Assembly: GCF_003918875.1 (NCBI RefSeq)
Contig: NW_025765691.1
Span: forward strand, 1 to 64,000
Source of the DNA: Haliotis rubra
Taxonomy: Eukaryota
DNA length: 64,000 nt
Reading direction: 5' to 3'
How positions within the stretch are numbered: the first letter of the stretch is position 1; every line of letters starts with the position of its first letter. This document shows positions 1 through 12,486 of this stretch, piece after piece. Under the pieces are notes generated by a model. The model made no database searches and was not told where the DNA came from. It saw nothing but the letters and a program-made list of their open reading frames with translations. A program made the position numbers and the translations under genes.

Positions 1-124
1 GAAAGCAAAATTCTGGATGTTTTCTGTGGAAATAACATTCATTTCATTCTATACAATATTTTAAATGCATATCACATTCTAAAGCTGATTTCTTCAAAAC
101 TTATGTATTATAAGAACAATAAAA

Positions 125-700
125 ATAGAACAAGAACAAGAAATTTATTCAGGATCAGAAGTCACATGGTCAAGAGTACAAAGCATTGGATCACCCATGT
201 GCAAAGGACACAGGTGGGGACAAATATTACATTTATCTTAATGCAGTGATGAAAATGTACAGCTTTTTAGGAATATGGCATGTTTTCATTATATAATGCA
301 CATAATAATTAATGAAACATTAGTAGACCAGCATTTGTGTGTTTTTGCTTACTATATTTAAGATTCTTTTTGTGGATCTCTACGAAATTTAAAATATATT
401 TGGGTATGACATGGAAGCAGCATGAGCATATTTACTGATATTAAATATCTTGATATTGATAAAAGTGTAGGTCCCTGGATGTGATTTTAAATCTATAAAT
501 TGTGAAAGAATAGTGATAATGAGTAGTTTGGACTGCTTGGTATTCTTCAATAAAATATTTGTTATGCAGTCAGGAGCAGCTATGTGAAATATGATATCCA
601 ACTTATATCCAGTGCAAATCATCAACCCATCGGAATGTTCCAGTAATGAATGGTGAAAATGCCTATAAATGGTTTTAGGTCTTAGAAATACCAGCACCTA
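125..700 (-). mobile_element. Possible highly degraded 3' end of a CR1/L2-type LINE
   Basis: Minus strand ends in AATAAA plus a (TTCTTG)n tail near 125-150; upstream is decayed coding-like sequence. Weak. Confidence 0.25.
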
Positions 701-774
701 TATAATATACAAAGTGAAATGGTGTGTGAGCATGCGCTTATGATTAAGGCACTTAAGAGAAAGAGCGAGTAGGT

Positions 775-885
775 AGTGAGTATGGTTTTATGTTACTTTT
801 TAGCAATATTCAGCAATAGCATCTAGAACCCGGGGTCTTGGGTCTTGAAGACCTTAACCACTAGAGATACCCCACCTGCGCCAGA
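775..885 (-). mobile_element. SINE family A fragment, degraded and internally deleted
   Basis: gagtatggttttatg...ttagcaatatt...aacccggggtctt...taaccactag matches the reverse complement of family A. Confidence 0.6.
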
Positions 886-1484
886 AGAAGAAGAAATTAT
901 TTTCTCAAAAGTAATGCATGCTGTGATTACAAATTGTATAGACATAGTGATATGATACATTAAAAGGGCCACCCACAGCCAGTTGGCCTACGAGACCACT
1001 CATTACTTGATGAGAACAAATAAAAGATATAAAGAAGTGAAGAAGATAGTTATAACCACACACACGCACGCACACACACACACACACGGGTGGTTGGTTG
1101 TGTGTCCAAGCACTTGATAAATGTTACAAGGTTTTAAGCAGCTAGCTGAAGATATATGTGACTTGCATTTTGCATGTATGTCACAGCATATCAATACAAC
1201 AAAGAAACCATTTTTCTTCCCGCCCCCACCCATCCACTTTTAATTTTCAGGTCATTTTGTAAAGCCTTCACTCTCTCCGACTTGTTAAGTTATGATAAGC
1301 CCATGCCATTACCGACATTATCTTGACTATAGCGTCTATTTTTGCAATGTTTTTGCTCACTTTCTACATTCAAATTTCGGAATAGTAGAATTCTTTTGTG
1401 GGCTAGATGGCACCAGGAGGCATAGGTAGCCACGGCTGGGTAACAAAGATTTGGAAACCAGTTCGCACACTGACTTATGATATC

Positions 1485-1617
1485 CCCTCATTGCCAATAA
1501 TGGATTTGTCCACCCCCTTCGATTACCCACCCAATTGGAGAGGTTTGGGTGTGTGTGGGGTTGGGGTGATTCGAGGGAGGGGAGGAGGGGGAGTGACCAA
1601 CCATTATTGGCATGGGT
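1485..1617. mobile_element. Small TA-flanked MITE, same family as 21253-21347
   Basis: Imperfect TIRs ctcattgccaataatgg...ccattattggcatggg; several single-base insertions relative to the 21.3 kb copy. Confidence 0.65.
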
Positions 1618-1689
1618 ATATATTAAACATGCTATGCACACCCCTCCCTCACCTTCAGTCTGAATGAATGGGAACAAAGCCGGTGTGCA

Positions 1690-3080
1690 ACCTCTCCCGT
1701 CTTTCATTCTGCTTAAGGGGTCAGTTTATCTCCGATAGACCCTTCCGTCTTTCATTTCTGTGTGGGTGTAAAGTTATATGTCCGATATACCCTTCCGTCT
1801 TTCATTCTGTGAGGTGTAACTTATATATCCGATATACCGTTCCCGTCTTTCATTCTGTGGCGGTGTAAAGTTATATATCCGATATACCCTTCCCGCCTTT
1901 CATTCTGTGTGGCTTAGTTTTTTATCCGATAGACCCTTCCCGTCTTTCATTCTGTGGGGGTTAGTTTTATATCAATATACCCTTCCCGCCTTTTCTTCTG
2001 TGAGGTGTGAAGTTATATATCCGATATACCTTCCCGTCTTTCATTCTGTGAGGTGTAATTTATATATCCGATATACCGTTCCGTCTTTCATTCTGTGTGG
2101 TATAAGTTATATATCCGATATACCCTTCCGCCTTTCATTCTGTGTGGCTTGAGTTTTTTATCCGATAGAATGCTTCCCGTCTTTCATTCTGTAGGGGGGT
2201 TAGTTTTATATCAATATACCTTCCCGCCTTTTCTTCTGTGAGGTGTAAGTTATATATCCGATATACCCTTCCCGCATTTATTCTGTGAGTGTAAAGTTAT
2301 ATGTCACGATATACCCTTCCCGTCTTTCATTCTGTGAGGGTGTAAGTTATATATCCGATATACCGTTCCCGTCTTTCATTTCTAGCATGGTGTAAGTTAT
2401 ATATCCGATATACCCTTCCGTCTTTCATTCTGTGTGGTGTAAGTTATATATCCGATATACCATTTCCGTCTTTTCATTCTGTGAGGTGTAAAGTTATATA
2501 TCCGATATACCATTTCCGTCTTTCATTCTGTGTGGCTTGGATTTTTTATCCGATACTTACCGTTCCCGTCTTTCATTCTGTTGGGGTTAGTTTTATATCT
2601 GATAGACCCTTCCCGCCTTTTACATTCTTTGAGGGTGTAGAAGTTATATATCCGATATACCCTTCCCGTCTTTCATTCTGTGAGGTGTAAAGTTATATAT
2701 CCGATATACCCTTCCCGCCTTTTCTTCTGTGTGTGGTGTAAGTTATGTATATCCGATGAACCCTTCCCATCTTTCATTCTGTGAGGTGTAAAGTTATATA
2801 TCCGATATGCTGCCTTGCCGCCGTTATTCTGTGAGGTAATAAGTTATATGTCCAATTTTTCCTTCCCCGACTTTCGTTCTGTGTGGTGTAAGTTATATAT
2901 CCGATATACCCTTCCCGACTTTTCATTTCTGAGGGTGTAAGTTATATATCGATATACCTTTCCCGCCTTTTATTCTGTGAGGTGTAAATTATATATCCGA
3001 TACACCCTTCCCGACTTTCATTCTGTGTAGTGTAAAGTTATATATCCGATATACCCTTCCCGACTTTCACATTCTGTGAG
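1690..3080. repeat. Minisatellite, ~48-50 bp unit, roughly 28 copies
   Basis: Unit approx. gtgaggtgtaaagttatatatccgatatacccttcccgtctttcattct, with many single-base indels. Confidence 0.95.
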
Positions 3081-3302
3081 ATGTCGTATGATGACAATCA
3101 ATGACTGTTTACCAACAACATCGCACACCTGTAATACTGCTAAAACAAATACATGCTCATGATATAGTCAGAATTGTACATTCGACTCTGCTTTTAGTAG
3201 AGATTACTTATCGACGTGGAAAAGGTTTGGCCTCTTCTATTAATATATCCAATATACGCCCTTCCCTCCTTTCATTCGCTGTGAAGGAAGTTATATATGT
3301 GT

Positions 3303-3303
<1 letters not shown>

Positions 3304-3352
<49 letters not shown>
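3304..3352. repeat. (CA)n microsatellite
   Basis: Direct observation. Confidence 0.95.
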
Positions 3353-3354
<2 letters not shown>

Positions 3355-5967
3355 TGCCTTTCAGCTTGAATGATAATTACAATATTTTGTTTTCAACACT
3401 TTTATCTAAGGGATAGTTCATAATTGATGGGGTGTGATGCTGATCTTTATGGAGTAGCATGAGCAAAGTGAATAACCCACTCCCCTTACAATTTATTTAC
3501 AAAGTAAGTGACACCCCCATGCAGCATGTAAAGTACTCTCTCTCTCTCTCTCACACACACACACCCACCCCACCCCTAGTATTTGTGTACAAAATTGATG
3601 TCCCTTCTACCTCCCCAGAACAAAGTGGGTGACCCCCTAAAATCATCACCGCCAGCCATAAATTATAAACAGTCCCAAATGTGATTTGTTTGGCTTCAGC
3701 TTTGAGCCATTACCCAAAACAGCTGAACTAAGCAACCAATTTAAAGGAGTTAAGGATCATGTATAAATGCAGCAAATTCTGTCCACAAACACCTGTATAC
3801 GGACATGTTTTCACAGTTACATAACTAATTACGACAAAAAATCAGAATTATTTCCAGAACACAATGGGGTGTTTGAGGCTATTTCCATTAACGTTGCCGA
3901 TTATATGATATTTATTACGTGATGTAAATTACATGATGCTTGCATTATAAAACAACACAGTTAATGAAAATGAACGCATCATTACACCATGAGGAGGTTT
4001 ATGAAATGTGGACGCCGGCCAGGTTTGGAGCACGTTTGTGCCCAAGGTATAAAAATAAGGCCTCCCCAAGCAATAGCAGCCATTGTATCCTGAGAGCAGC
4101 ATGAACCCCAAGATGAAGAAGATTGTGTGTTAGTGTGTTTGCTGGGGAGAGGGAATGACAGAGAATGCAACGTGCCTTATCTCGCCAGCCCTGTAAACCG
4201 TCACATGCCTGGATGCGTCGTGATAAAACGGGACGAATCCGCTACCATACAAACTAGCTTTAGATATATGGCCACGCCAAACAAACGTGGCCGAACGTGA
4301 CAAAACTTGAAAGGACCGTGAGATGCCGGGGAATACACATGCCCCCGGTCCCACTACGTACCCACTACTGACCGCCTACAAGTACACAAGTTTTGTTACG
4401 GCCTGTTACGTGCTGTCAAGTTTCTTTGCGTTCCCCCCGTTTTACTACGGCCAAGCACTTTCTCATTAGATTATGAACCGTGACTGCCGGGGCAAATGTT
4501 TGAACAGTTTAAAAATCTGGCATAGCATCCACGGCAACCACGGACTGACATGTTCGCTCATTCAGTCCCCTACGTTGTCTCACGTCCATCCCGTTTGGTC
4601 CCCGTTTCAACACGGGGCTGCCGTGGCCACCGGGAACAGTGTAACCCTAGCATTAGTTGGTTGGTTGTTTAACGCCGCAGTCAACCCCCAAAAGTACTAG
4701 AATCTGTACTTTACTAAGAAAGTGTAATCCCAAATATAACATATGTTATAAATGTGTATTTGTTGGCTTTCACCCTGAAGAACCAATTTCCTCGAGGCTG
4801 GCAGATCTAACCTATCCCATTTGGGTAGACCGATGCACATGCTGTCAGTTACTGGATTGTCTGGCCCAGACTCGACTTTGAACAGACCATCGTCATATAT
4901 AATGAATGCTGAGGGCAACAAACGAACCAACCAACCAAACATGCGAACCAACTAGATGCATGGTCATGAAGGGATAATTGAGGAACGGATGAAGAACAGG
5001 TGGAGGGATAAATGCAGAAAGAATGGTGGTACAAATGAACAGATTAAGAAATACTGTATTTATTACATAGTATGAGAGTTTTGTTTCTTAACGCCTTGTA
5101 AGAAGCAATGTGACCGCTGACCTAGACCAGAATCTGCTTCACAGTCTGACGTACCCCACTCAAAATGTGGTTGGACCGTTATTTTCAGTTTGCCCTGGCA
5201 GCGTAGACATCCTATGACCTAGGGGCTGACAGATACACCACATGTAAAGGCAACATTTCTATGTCTTTCACATAGCCCCGTGAACTAAAGTTGAGTCGGT
5301 CGGTCGGATTCCAATAAAAAAGAATAATATAAAATCTGAATTTGTTCATATCTGCATCAGAAAAGAAGATTAAGAACATCTATAAGTTATTTCTGCTTTA
5401 TGGAAAAACCCAGACGAGCGGTCTTAAAAACCAATTTATTCTGTTTTCATTTGGTATTCAAGAAATATATATGTCAGCAAGATCATTTTGTTAGAACTTC
5501 CTTATGTGTATCACTTGTAAATGCCATTCAAAGACCAAGATCATTTGTTGTCAAATTTGCAGATTTAGAATCTATAACAAAGATTGTACTGCAAAGCAAA
5601 ACCAGCAGAAAATATGGAATAGATTGAATCAGATGTTACTGCCACAACGTTAGACACCTCGACGTTTTATGTTTTAATACCTTAATGTATTAATGTTAAT
5701 AATCAACAAATGTTAATACCAAGCGATTATCTTGTTTGTTTTATTAATTTTCACGACTATCTACAGCCTTCACCATACCACTGACACAGGCAGGAAGCAA
5801 TTGAACGAGCAGTCAGTTGGTCCTGATTTCGAGTGGATTTTTTATCATTGGGTCGGTGGCCAATTTACAGTCGGGCGAAGAGAAACACAGAAATAAAGAA
5901 TTTTCTTTAATCATTGCGAAATGTCTCGCATCACTTGATTGTTAATTGACACAAAGCATAGAAGGAA

Positions 5968-8900
5968 TCAGTCACGACATAGGTATCCCATCATGGTGTT
6001 CGTAATAGTCTGTACAACAGCAGGCGGTGGATGGAAGTCAGGCAGTCCGAGCGCTGAAGTCATATCCCAAAAGTCAAGGAAGATAACTCTGTCTTTCAAG
6101 GGACGGAACTCTTCGTGGAGTATATCGCGGAATACCAGACCCCAGTAGGAGTACATTTCATGGTACGGTTGCCTGAAATAAGCATGCGGTCCTCTGACTG
6201 CCACTACGACATTAGGGGCCCGTTGCATGAGGGTTTTGGTTCTTGAGACCAGTTTTCTGACGTGCAGTCTGTAGACGTCTTGGTGCACCACGATGAAGTG
6301 GGTGTTCATGTACAACACAATGATATCTCGAGAATTGTTTTGGATTTTATCAAAATGGTGAGATTCGGGTTTGGTATACGTTTTCGGGTAGTGTATGAGT
6401 CCAGGAAAGTAGGGGAACTCATGGGGCTCCCAGTGGACGGAGTAGTTGTGATGAGGATGGAAGAGGACTTTAGGCTCGTGGGGTGCGGGGAACGACAGGA
6501 GCAACCCTCAACACGTTGTTCATCTCCATGAAGATCTGTATGCTCGTCGAGTCGCCGGGTATCCACAAATTCCTGTTTTCAGACATGCGCGGTAGGCCGG
6601 CTCTGTGATGGGAATAGTCACTACGCACAGTCAGGGAAATCCACGCGCCCCTGTAGAAGAATCCAGACGGCGCTTCAACCCGCCAGGTGGCGCGAGGTGA
6701 CACGGCGCTGCAGGGGTCGACGTCTTAGAGGAAAGGACGCCCTGGTTTTCAGGACCTGCGGAAGAAAATATTTAATGAGATCCAGGACAAATACTTGCAA
6801 GTACGTTAAAGACTTTTTCATGTTACTATAGCTAATGTGTCATGCCTTTTTCTTTTAAGTTGTATATAATCGGAAAAAATAAAAGCCATACAAATAAATA
6901 GGTATTATAATGAAACTTTATTTGAGATGAATCTGTAATGAATGTTATTATTGTTGCCGTGCATCTGTATATACAAATGTTAATAACTGAGAAATTAATC
7001 GTGATTTCATATTACCTTTGGATATATTCACCGTAATATTTTGTACGAATAATTCCTGTTCTGTATCACGTGACCTGCAAATTTAAAAGTTTGTAGGTAA
7101 AAACATATATCTACATAGTTTACGTTACATGCCAAATAGTATATTTCACAATAACACTAAATTTGAACACGCAAATATCAGCGTTCACGAGATAATATGA
7201 ACATCCTGATGATAAGAAGTAATGTTACATTATTTTAAATTGTTTACAGGAAACGTATATTAATGGGTATCTGTAAAACTTGGATTATGATGTGTGAGTT
7301 TCGTTATTTGTTTCCTTCAGTATAGTTTTGAAAGTAAGTGCAGGCAGAAATGGATAACCTTGAGTACAGAGCAGTCATAAATTTTTGGTCCTCCAGGGCC
7401 ACGCGGCGAAGCACAGTGAAGAGCGATTGACAGCAGTACGAGTACCCCATGTGACAGCAGTACGAGTACCCCATGTGACTCAGTACCCGTACTGCTATAC
7501 TGATGGAGTACATGCGATTAGATGTCACGTGACCAGAAACTAGCGACATGTGCATGTCACATATTACGTTTATGTGAATGATAAAAACCATTCTTCAATA
7601 TCATACAGTTATTTCTATCTTGCGCATATCAGAAGTATTTTAGGCTGAAAACGTTTTGATAGCCCCTCGTACTTAGTCAATGCTCAAACAATTTACTTAC
7701 GTCCCTTCAACTTCAACGGTGAATGTTGATTAAAAGACATATTAATATGAAGGTCGTGAATCGTGTACTCACAAGTCGTAAATAAGCTTCTCTATTGGCG
7801 ACATCGGTATCCGTCGCCGATATGTCCACGTGTTCACCAACATGCTACAGTTGAGGTCTGGATGCAAGGGGCGGACACAGTAGTACGGCAGGTCACCGTT
7901 GTGCGCGGCCAAGTCGCAATATTCCGCTGGGGGCATTGGCCGCGTGAAACAGAGAGTCGACTCCATCGCGACGCCATTGAAGAAGTCTGCGTGCGCAGAC
8001 CACAATGTGTCATATTGATGATATTTCCGATAAATGAGAGCGATTTCTTCTTTACGTTTTTCAATATGACAGAAAATGGTTGGCGTCCCAGCCCAAACTG
8101 CTCTAAAAAATGCCGGTGTAACTTCCGTTATTATGGTCCATGACGTCACCGGTAACGCTGGCTCCCAATCCACGTTCTTCCATCCATAACCGGAAGTAGT
8201 CTCCGCCGCCAGTTCGTCTGTTTCCGTAACTGTCGTATGTTTCTATTCTGACGTTGATGGTGTCGTTTAGGGCAAACGTTGTCTGTCCATGAAGGTACAG
8301 CCTAGACAACCGTGCGTCCGTCACCGTCTTGAGATCAATATCCAAAGGATTTCGCAGAATGTCCTCTTCCGACAAGTAGCGCCTCGGTTTCTCCACCATC
8401 TCCATGTTAGTGTCGATCTTTGACCACTGTTTCATCACGACGTATAATCTATAACATGCAGTGTTGAACAGGTTCAAAGAAAAAGTGAGTTCGTATATAT
8501 GCCGCCTTGATGATACAGTATTTTATTCATAGCGTCAGCTCCATATGTGGGAGAATGCTTTTGTTGCCATGGAAATGATGCAGTTCTTAGACATTACGTT
8601 GGCCCTATAATTAAGGACATACATTTTGGCTATCAGTGTCTTTTCTTAATTAGTCTGAATTAGTGGCCGCGGGATAATGAATGGCAGAAAAACAGAATAA
8701 ATAGACTCGACGTAATGAAGGCAAAGAATCTAACATTTTAGATTTTACTCACCTTTAGGAAACTTGTGATCGGTACATCCGGAAATACATGTACTGCAGT
8801 AATTATTTGTATTATTGGGAATCATTTTAAAAGAATCCAGCCCATCCCACTTTATTCAATGGACTCAGTGGGTATTTTATTCCAGCATTTACGTCCTACA

Positions 8901-9675
8901 CTTCAGGGGTTCAAAAATCCAATCGCCCGACGCCCGGGACAAGTCAGTTTTCATTTCGGGCAAATAATAGTATCTTACTTGTCCGTGGGCTACTAGATAA
9001 TTTCCACTTATGGTTTCAAACTGCAAATAAACTTAGATTTAATTTCGTATATGCTCAAAATGTAGCTATTAAATTTCGCAATGATAATAAAGTAGAGTTA
9101 TCTTTCTTTGCTATTTATCACTTTTCAATAAATAGTCCAGTAAACATTAACATCAAATACCATTTTGATTTCTTCTTTCATAATTACATCATCATAATTA
9201 TGTCATAAAATCAGGGCAAGTGTAAAAATTAGTCAGGACAAGTTACTTTCTTAAAGTGACTTGCCCTGAGGCAAGTAACTTTAAAATTTTTTTGAACCCC
9301 TGCACTTACATATCCCCTCGTGTTCATTCATGGAAAGATGAGGTTTATCTAGACTAACACTTGGTCTCTGAATATATTCAATTTTGATTGAAACAAATAA
9401 TTCCGTTAAAAGTGATAAGGATGCCCAGTGACATGGAAGACTCAGAACCTGAGCAACTCTAGACTTGTTTCGTTAAGTAGTATAGCATTGAAGAAAGGGG
9501 TGGGTGGAAGGGAAATAATGCGGTTATAGAACTGTGAGATTAATGTTTACCTTGTTGCTTGTTGGTTGACTAGCGTCGTCATCTGACTGTGCATGTACAG
9601 AACGCTGAACATCCCCAAAACACACACGCACAGCAACGTCTTGGACGTCCTTGCACGTCTCCCTTGCCACATCAT
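5968..9675 (-). CDS. NXPE: NXPE family member (neurexophilin/PC-esterase, SGNH-type), type II membrane protein. Exons approx. 9675-9551, 8793-8753, 8448-7773 (alternative donor at 7701), 6755-5968; several apparent frameshifts
   Basis: Exon 1 encodes a signal anchor (MMWQGRRARTSKTLLCVCVLGMFSVLY) and ends at gtaaac. The middle exon has the NXPE Ig-like motifs D-SYGNRRTGGGDYFR and VTGDVMDHNNGSYTG. The last exon has PSGFFY..WISL, GDST, and FLDFWDMT...PDFHPPPAVV...GYLC. Splice sites are canonical GT/AG. Confidence 0.85.
7290..7671 (+). mobile_element. Internally deleted mariner (Tc1/mariner) remnant in an NXPE intron
   Basis: ATG at ~7350 reads MDNLEYRAVI-[frameshift]-FLVLQG, typical of mariner transposase N-termini; 3' end aaacgttttgatagcccctcg-TA is a mariner-type TIR. 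Contains a ~24-bp direct duplication at ~7428-7477. Confidence 0.7.
8904..9302. mobile_element. hAT-like MITE with 5-bp TSD
   Basis: TIRs CAGGGGTTCAAAAA / TTTTTGAACCCCTG flanked by the direct repeat CACTT; internal subterminal ttgccc/gggcaa motifs. Confidence 0.85.
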
Positions 9676-10519
9676 GCCTTGTGTGCGCCAGCAGTAGGCT
9701 CCTGTAAGCATCTGTGTATGTGTATATTAGTCGTGGCTGGGCAACATCTGCCACCACCTTAAAGGTCTTAACCTAATCACGCCCACCACACTGTGCCTTG
9801 ATCTACCATAAATATAACACGTTCTGGAATCGCAATTATGGTAACAGGTATGTAACCTCTTAAAAATCACAAATTGTATTGGTGACGCGAACAGTATAGT
9901 TTCCATGTCCAATCGCTTCGTTCATATTCCGAGGAAAATATGTTGCAGTCTGCAATTTTTCAGACGCAGTATGTCTATAACTTTCCATTCTCTAGGGAGC
10001 GAACGAGTATTGTTTTACGCCGCTTTTAGCAATATTCCAGCAATATCACGGCGGGGGACACCAGAAATGGGCTTCACACATTTTACCCATGACGTTTGAC
10101 AAAACAAGCATTTCACAAATAACACGTTATCGGGAATTTTAGCACGAAGCAGGCCAAATATGACACGTTCAAAACATTATTAAAATCCCCATCATATGCA
10201 TGTGCTTTGCATTCTGTTACTCATAAACCCTATAGATCTTTCAGTGCATTACTACAAATGGCCCAGGAAGTTATATTGCAAGTTCAGTTGTAAGTTTTAT
10301 TACATTACAATGGCCAAAAGGGTTATTCAGTATGTTGTAACAACACAGGGACATTTCAGAAGAAAAATGGCGTTATTCACAGCATTCCTTACGTTTACAT
10401 ATCTTCGTAAACATTCGTACACATTTACGTAAACGTTTTTTTTGTTAAATCAGGGTTTCAGACAAAATAATGAATTTTCTATGCAATTACCCTTAAACAT
10501 CTCCTTTTCAGATAGAAAC

Positions 10520-10678
10520 AGGGGCGGCGGGGTATTTAGTGGTTAAAGCGTTGGCTTGTCACGCCGAAGACCCGGGTTCGAATCAGTCAAAGGGTACAAT
10601 GTGTGAAGCCCATTTCTGGTGTTCCCCGCGTGAATTGGAATATTGCTAAAGCGGCGTAACGCAAACTCAGTCAGTCAG
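10520..10678 (+). mobile_element. SINE family A (tRNA-Asp-like head), (CAGT)n tail
   Basis: Head with A box tagtggtt, gtcacgccgaagacccgggttcg and B box; TSD cagatagaa(a)cag. Confidence 0.9.
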
Positions 10679-10906
10679 ATAGAACAGAACTGAATAAAGT
10701 TATTCACAACGTTATGTTAACACAAACATATTTAGAACCCCCAACCCCTAAAAACAAAAATCCCCTTTGTTACTATTCGATCAGTAAATGTCCCCGTATG
10801 AGTCATCGAAATGTGAGATGTTTGATGGATCAGATCCACCTTACTACGACTGAACGTGTAACAGAGCTATGACGTTTTCATGTCAACACATACATTATTA
10901 CATTCG

Positions 10907-11176
10907 ACCCGTGAAGATCAGGGGTAGAATAGGTCTTCAGCAGCCCATGCTTGCCACAAAAGGCGAATATGCTTGTCGTAAGAGGCGACTAACGGGATCG
11001 GGTGGTCAGGCTCGCTGACTTGGTTGACACATGTCATCGGTTCCCAATTGCGCAGATCGATGCTCATGCTGTTGATCACTGGCTTGTCTGGTCCAGACTC
11101 GATTATTTACAGCCCGCCGTCATATAGCTGGAATATTGCTGAGTGCGGCGTTAAACTAAACTCACTCACTCACTCA
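10907..11176 (+). mobile_element. SINE family B (non-tRNA head), full length
   Basis: acccgtgaagatc...cttgtcgtaagaggcgacta...gctggaatattgctgagtgcggcgttaaac(actc)n; TSD cattattacattc. Confidence 0.92.
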
Positions 11177-11457
11177 TTATTACATTCATGGCAGATTATT
11201 GACATCGTGATATTGATATGTCCACAGGTGTGTTGTGGTTTGCAGACTGAACTATCAATATATTATTAAATGTAATGGATGACTTGCACCAAACTCCAGG
11301 TACATTGCGGCAGTCTGAAATAATTAGGTCTGGACCGGAAACTCCAGTCATTGATTGTAAGCAACAACACCCAGTACCCGCTGCACTCAGTGTAACAGGA
11401 GTATCCAAGCAGTTGGCGTTAAGGGCTCCTTAAGCCAGCATAGCTTCCTATTATTAA

Positions 11458-11934
11458 CCTCTGCCACAGGCCAGAAAAATGTGACGATTCGTCACACCTT
11501 GCAATGTCAAATTCATCCATAAAACTAAAATGTACAAATTTCTTTTACTCATATATTTTTGACGAGTTTACACATCAAACTAAACATCTTTAATAGAATG
11601 GTTTTAGTTTCACTGAGAAAATATCCAAAACATGTGACACTATTTCGATTTGCGTAGCGATCCTTTGTTTACATAGGTTGTACGGCTCCACGTGCAGTCA
11701 TCGAAGCCGACGGAGAGACAAACGATGCAGCCAGTTTGATATCTAAATATGTTATGTCATAGACCTAACTGTCGCAGTTGTGGAAGAATATATGTGTAAC
11801 AATGTAAAACATTATGAAGAGAGCGCCGAAAAGCTTTCGTGAGTCCAATCTCTTCTTATTATGAATATGCACGTTTGATTACAAACAAGAGAAAAGTCCG
11901 GTCACGTGATATGCAAATTAGCCTGTGGCAGTGA
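11458..11934. mobile_element. piggyBac-like non-autonomous element
   Basis: TTAA followed by cctctgccacaggc; inverted copy gcctgtggcagtga at ~11920-11933; right TTAA not preserved. Confidence 0.5.
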
Positions 11935-12387
11935 TGTCCGGCTAACGTTGACATGAAATCAACTATGGCACCGTGACTGCTGTATCCGCTAAGTCGGTTC
12001 TTAGATCGGCACCGGTTGCTGACGATCCTTTTAAACTCAGCATCTCCTAGAAGTGTGCAGTGCTCTATCCAAGTGACTTCATTGGTACATAATGAGATGA
12101 CGGTCTGTACAGATGACGAACCTGTTTTGATAAAGAGATAAGGGCTACGTTTAAGAGCCCCTTAGGAACTGAAAATGCTGGGGTTCAAGTTGTTTTAAAT
12201 AGTACTTCAGTGTTATCATGGGCGTGACAGCTTTACGTGGTAGGAGTTCCAGAAGTGATGCAGGTTGTGGACGGTTTTCACCATCACGGGCATGTTGCTG
12301 ACACAACAACAGTTATCAAGGCGACTTTGGGATTCGAACCCTCGATCCTTGGAATCTGGCCCTCCCTAGAGACCAAAGTGTGATGGG

Positions 12388-12486
12388 AAATCACCCGAAT
12401 CTGTTAATTCCGGAAGTACAGAATGGTCAGACGCCACGAAGGGGCGAGTTGGTTCCACGTTCGGAATCAACAGATTCGGGTGATTT
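12388..12486. repeat. Short foldback element (~25-bp inverted arms)
   Basis: aaatcacccgaatctgttaattccg ... cggaatcaacagattcgggtgattt. Confidence 0.75.

Noticed and set aside
4150-4655. Possible Harbinger-type element ending gtgtaaccctagcatta
   Set aside because: The matching left TIR and a TSD were not found.
11024-11269. Recurrent ORFs MTHVIGSQLRRSMLMLLITGLSGPDSII (also 47346, 49784, 42399, 58551)
   Set aside because: Incidental frames in SINE B; non-ATG starts and variable ends.
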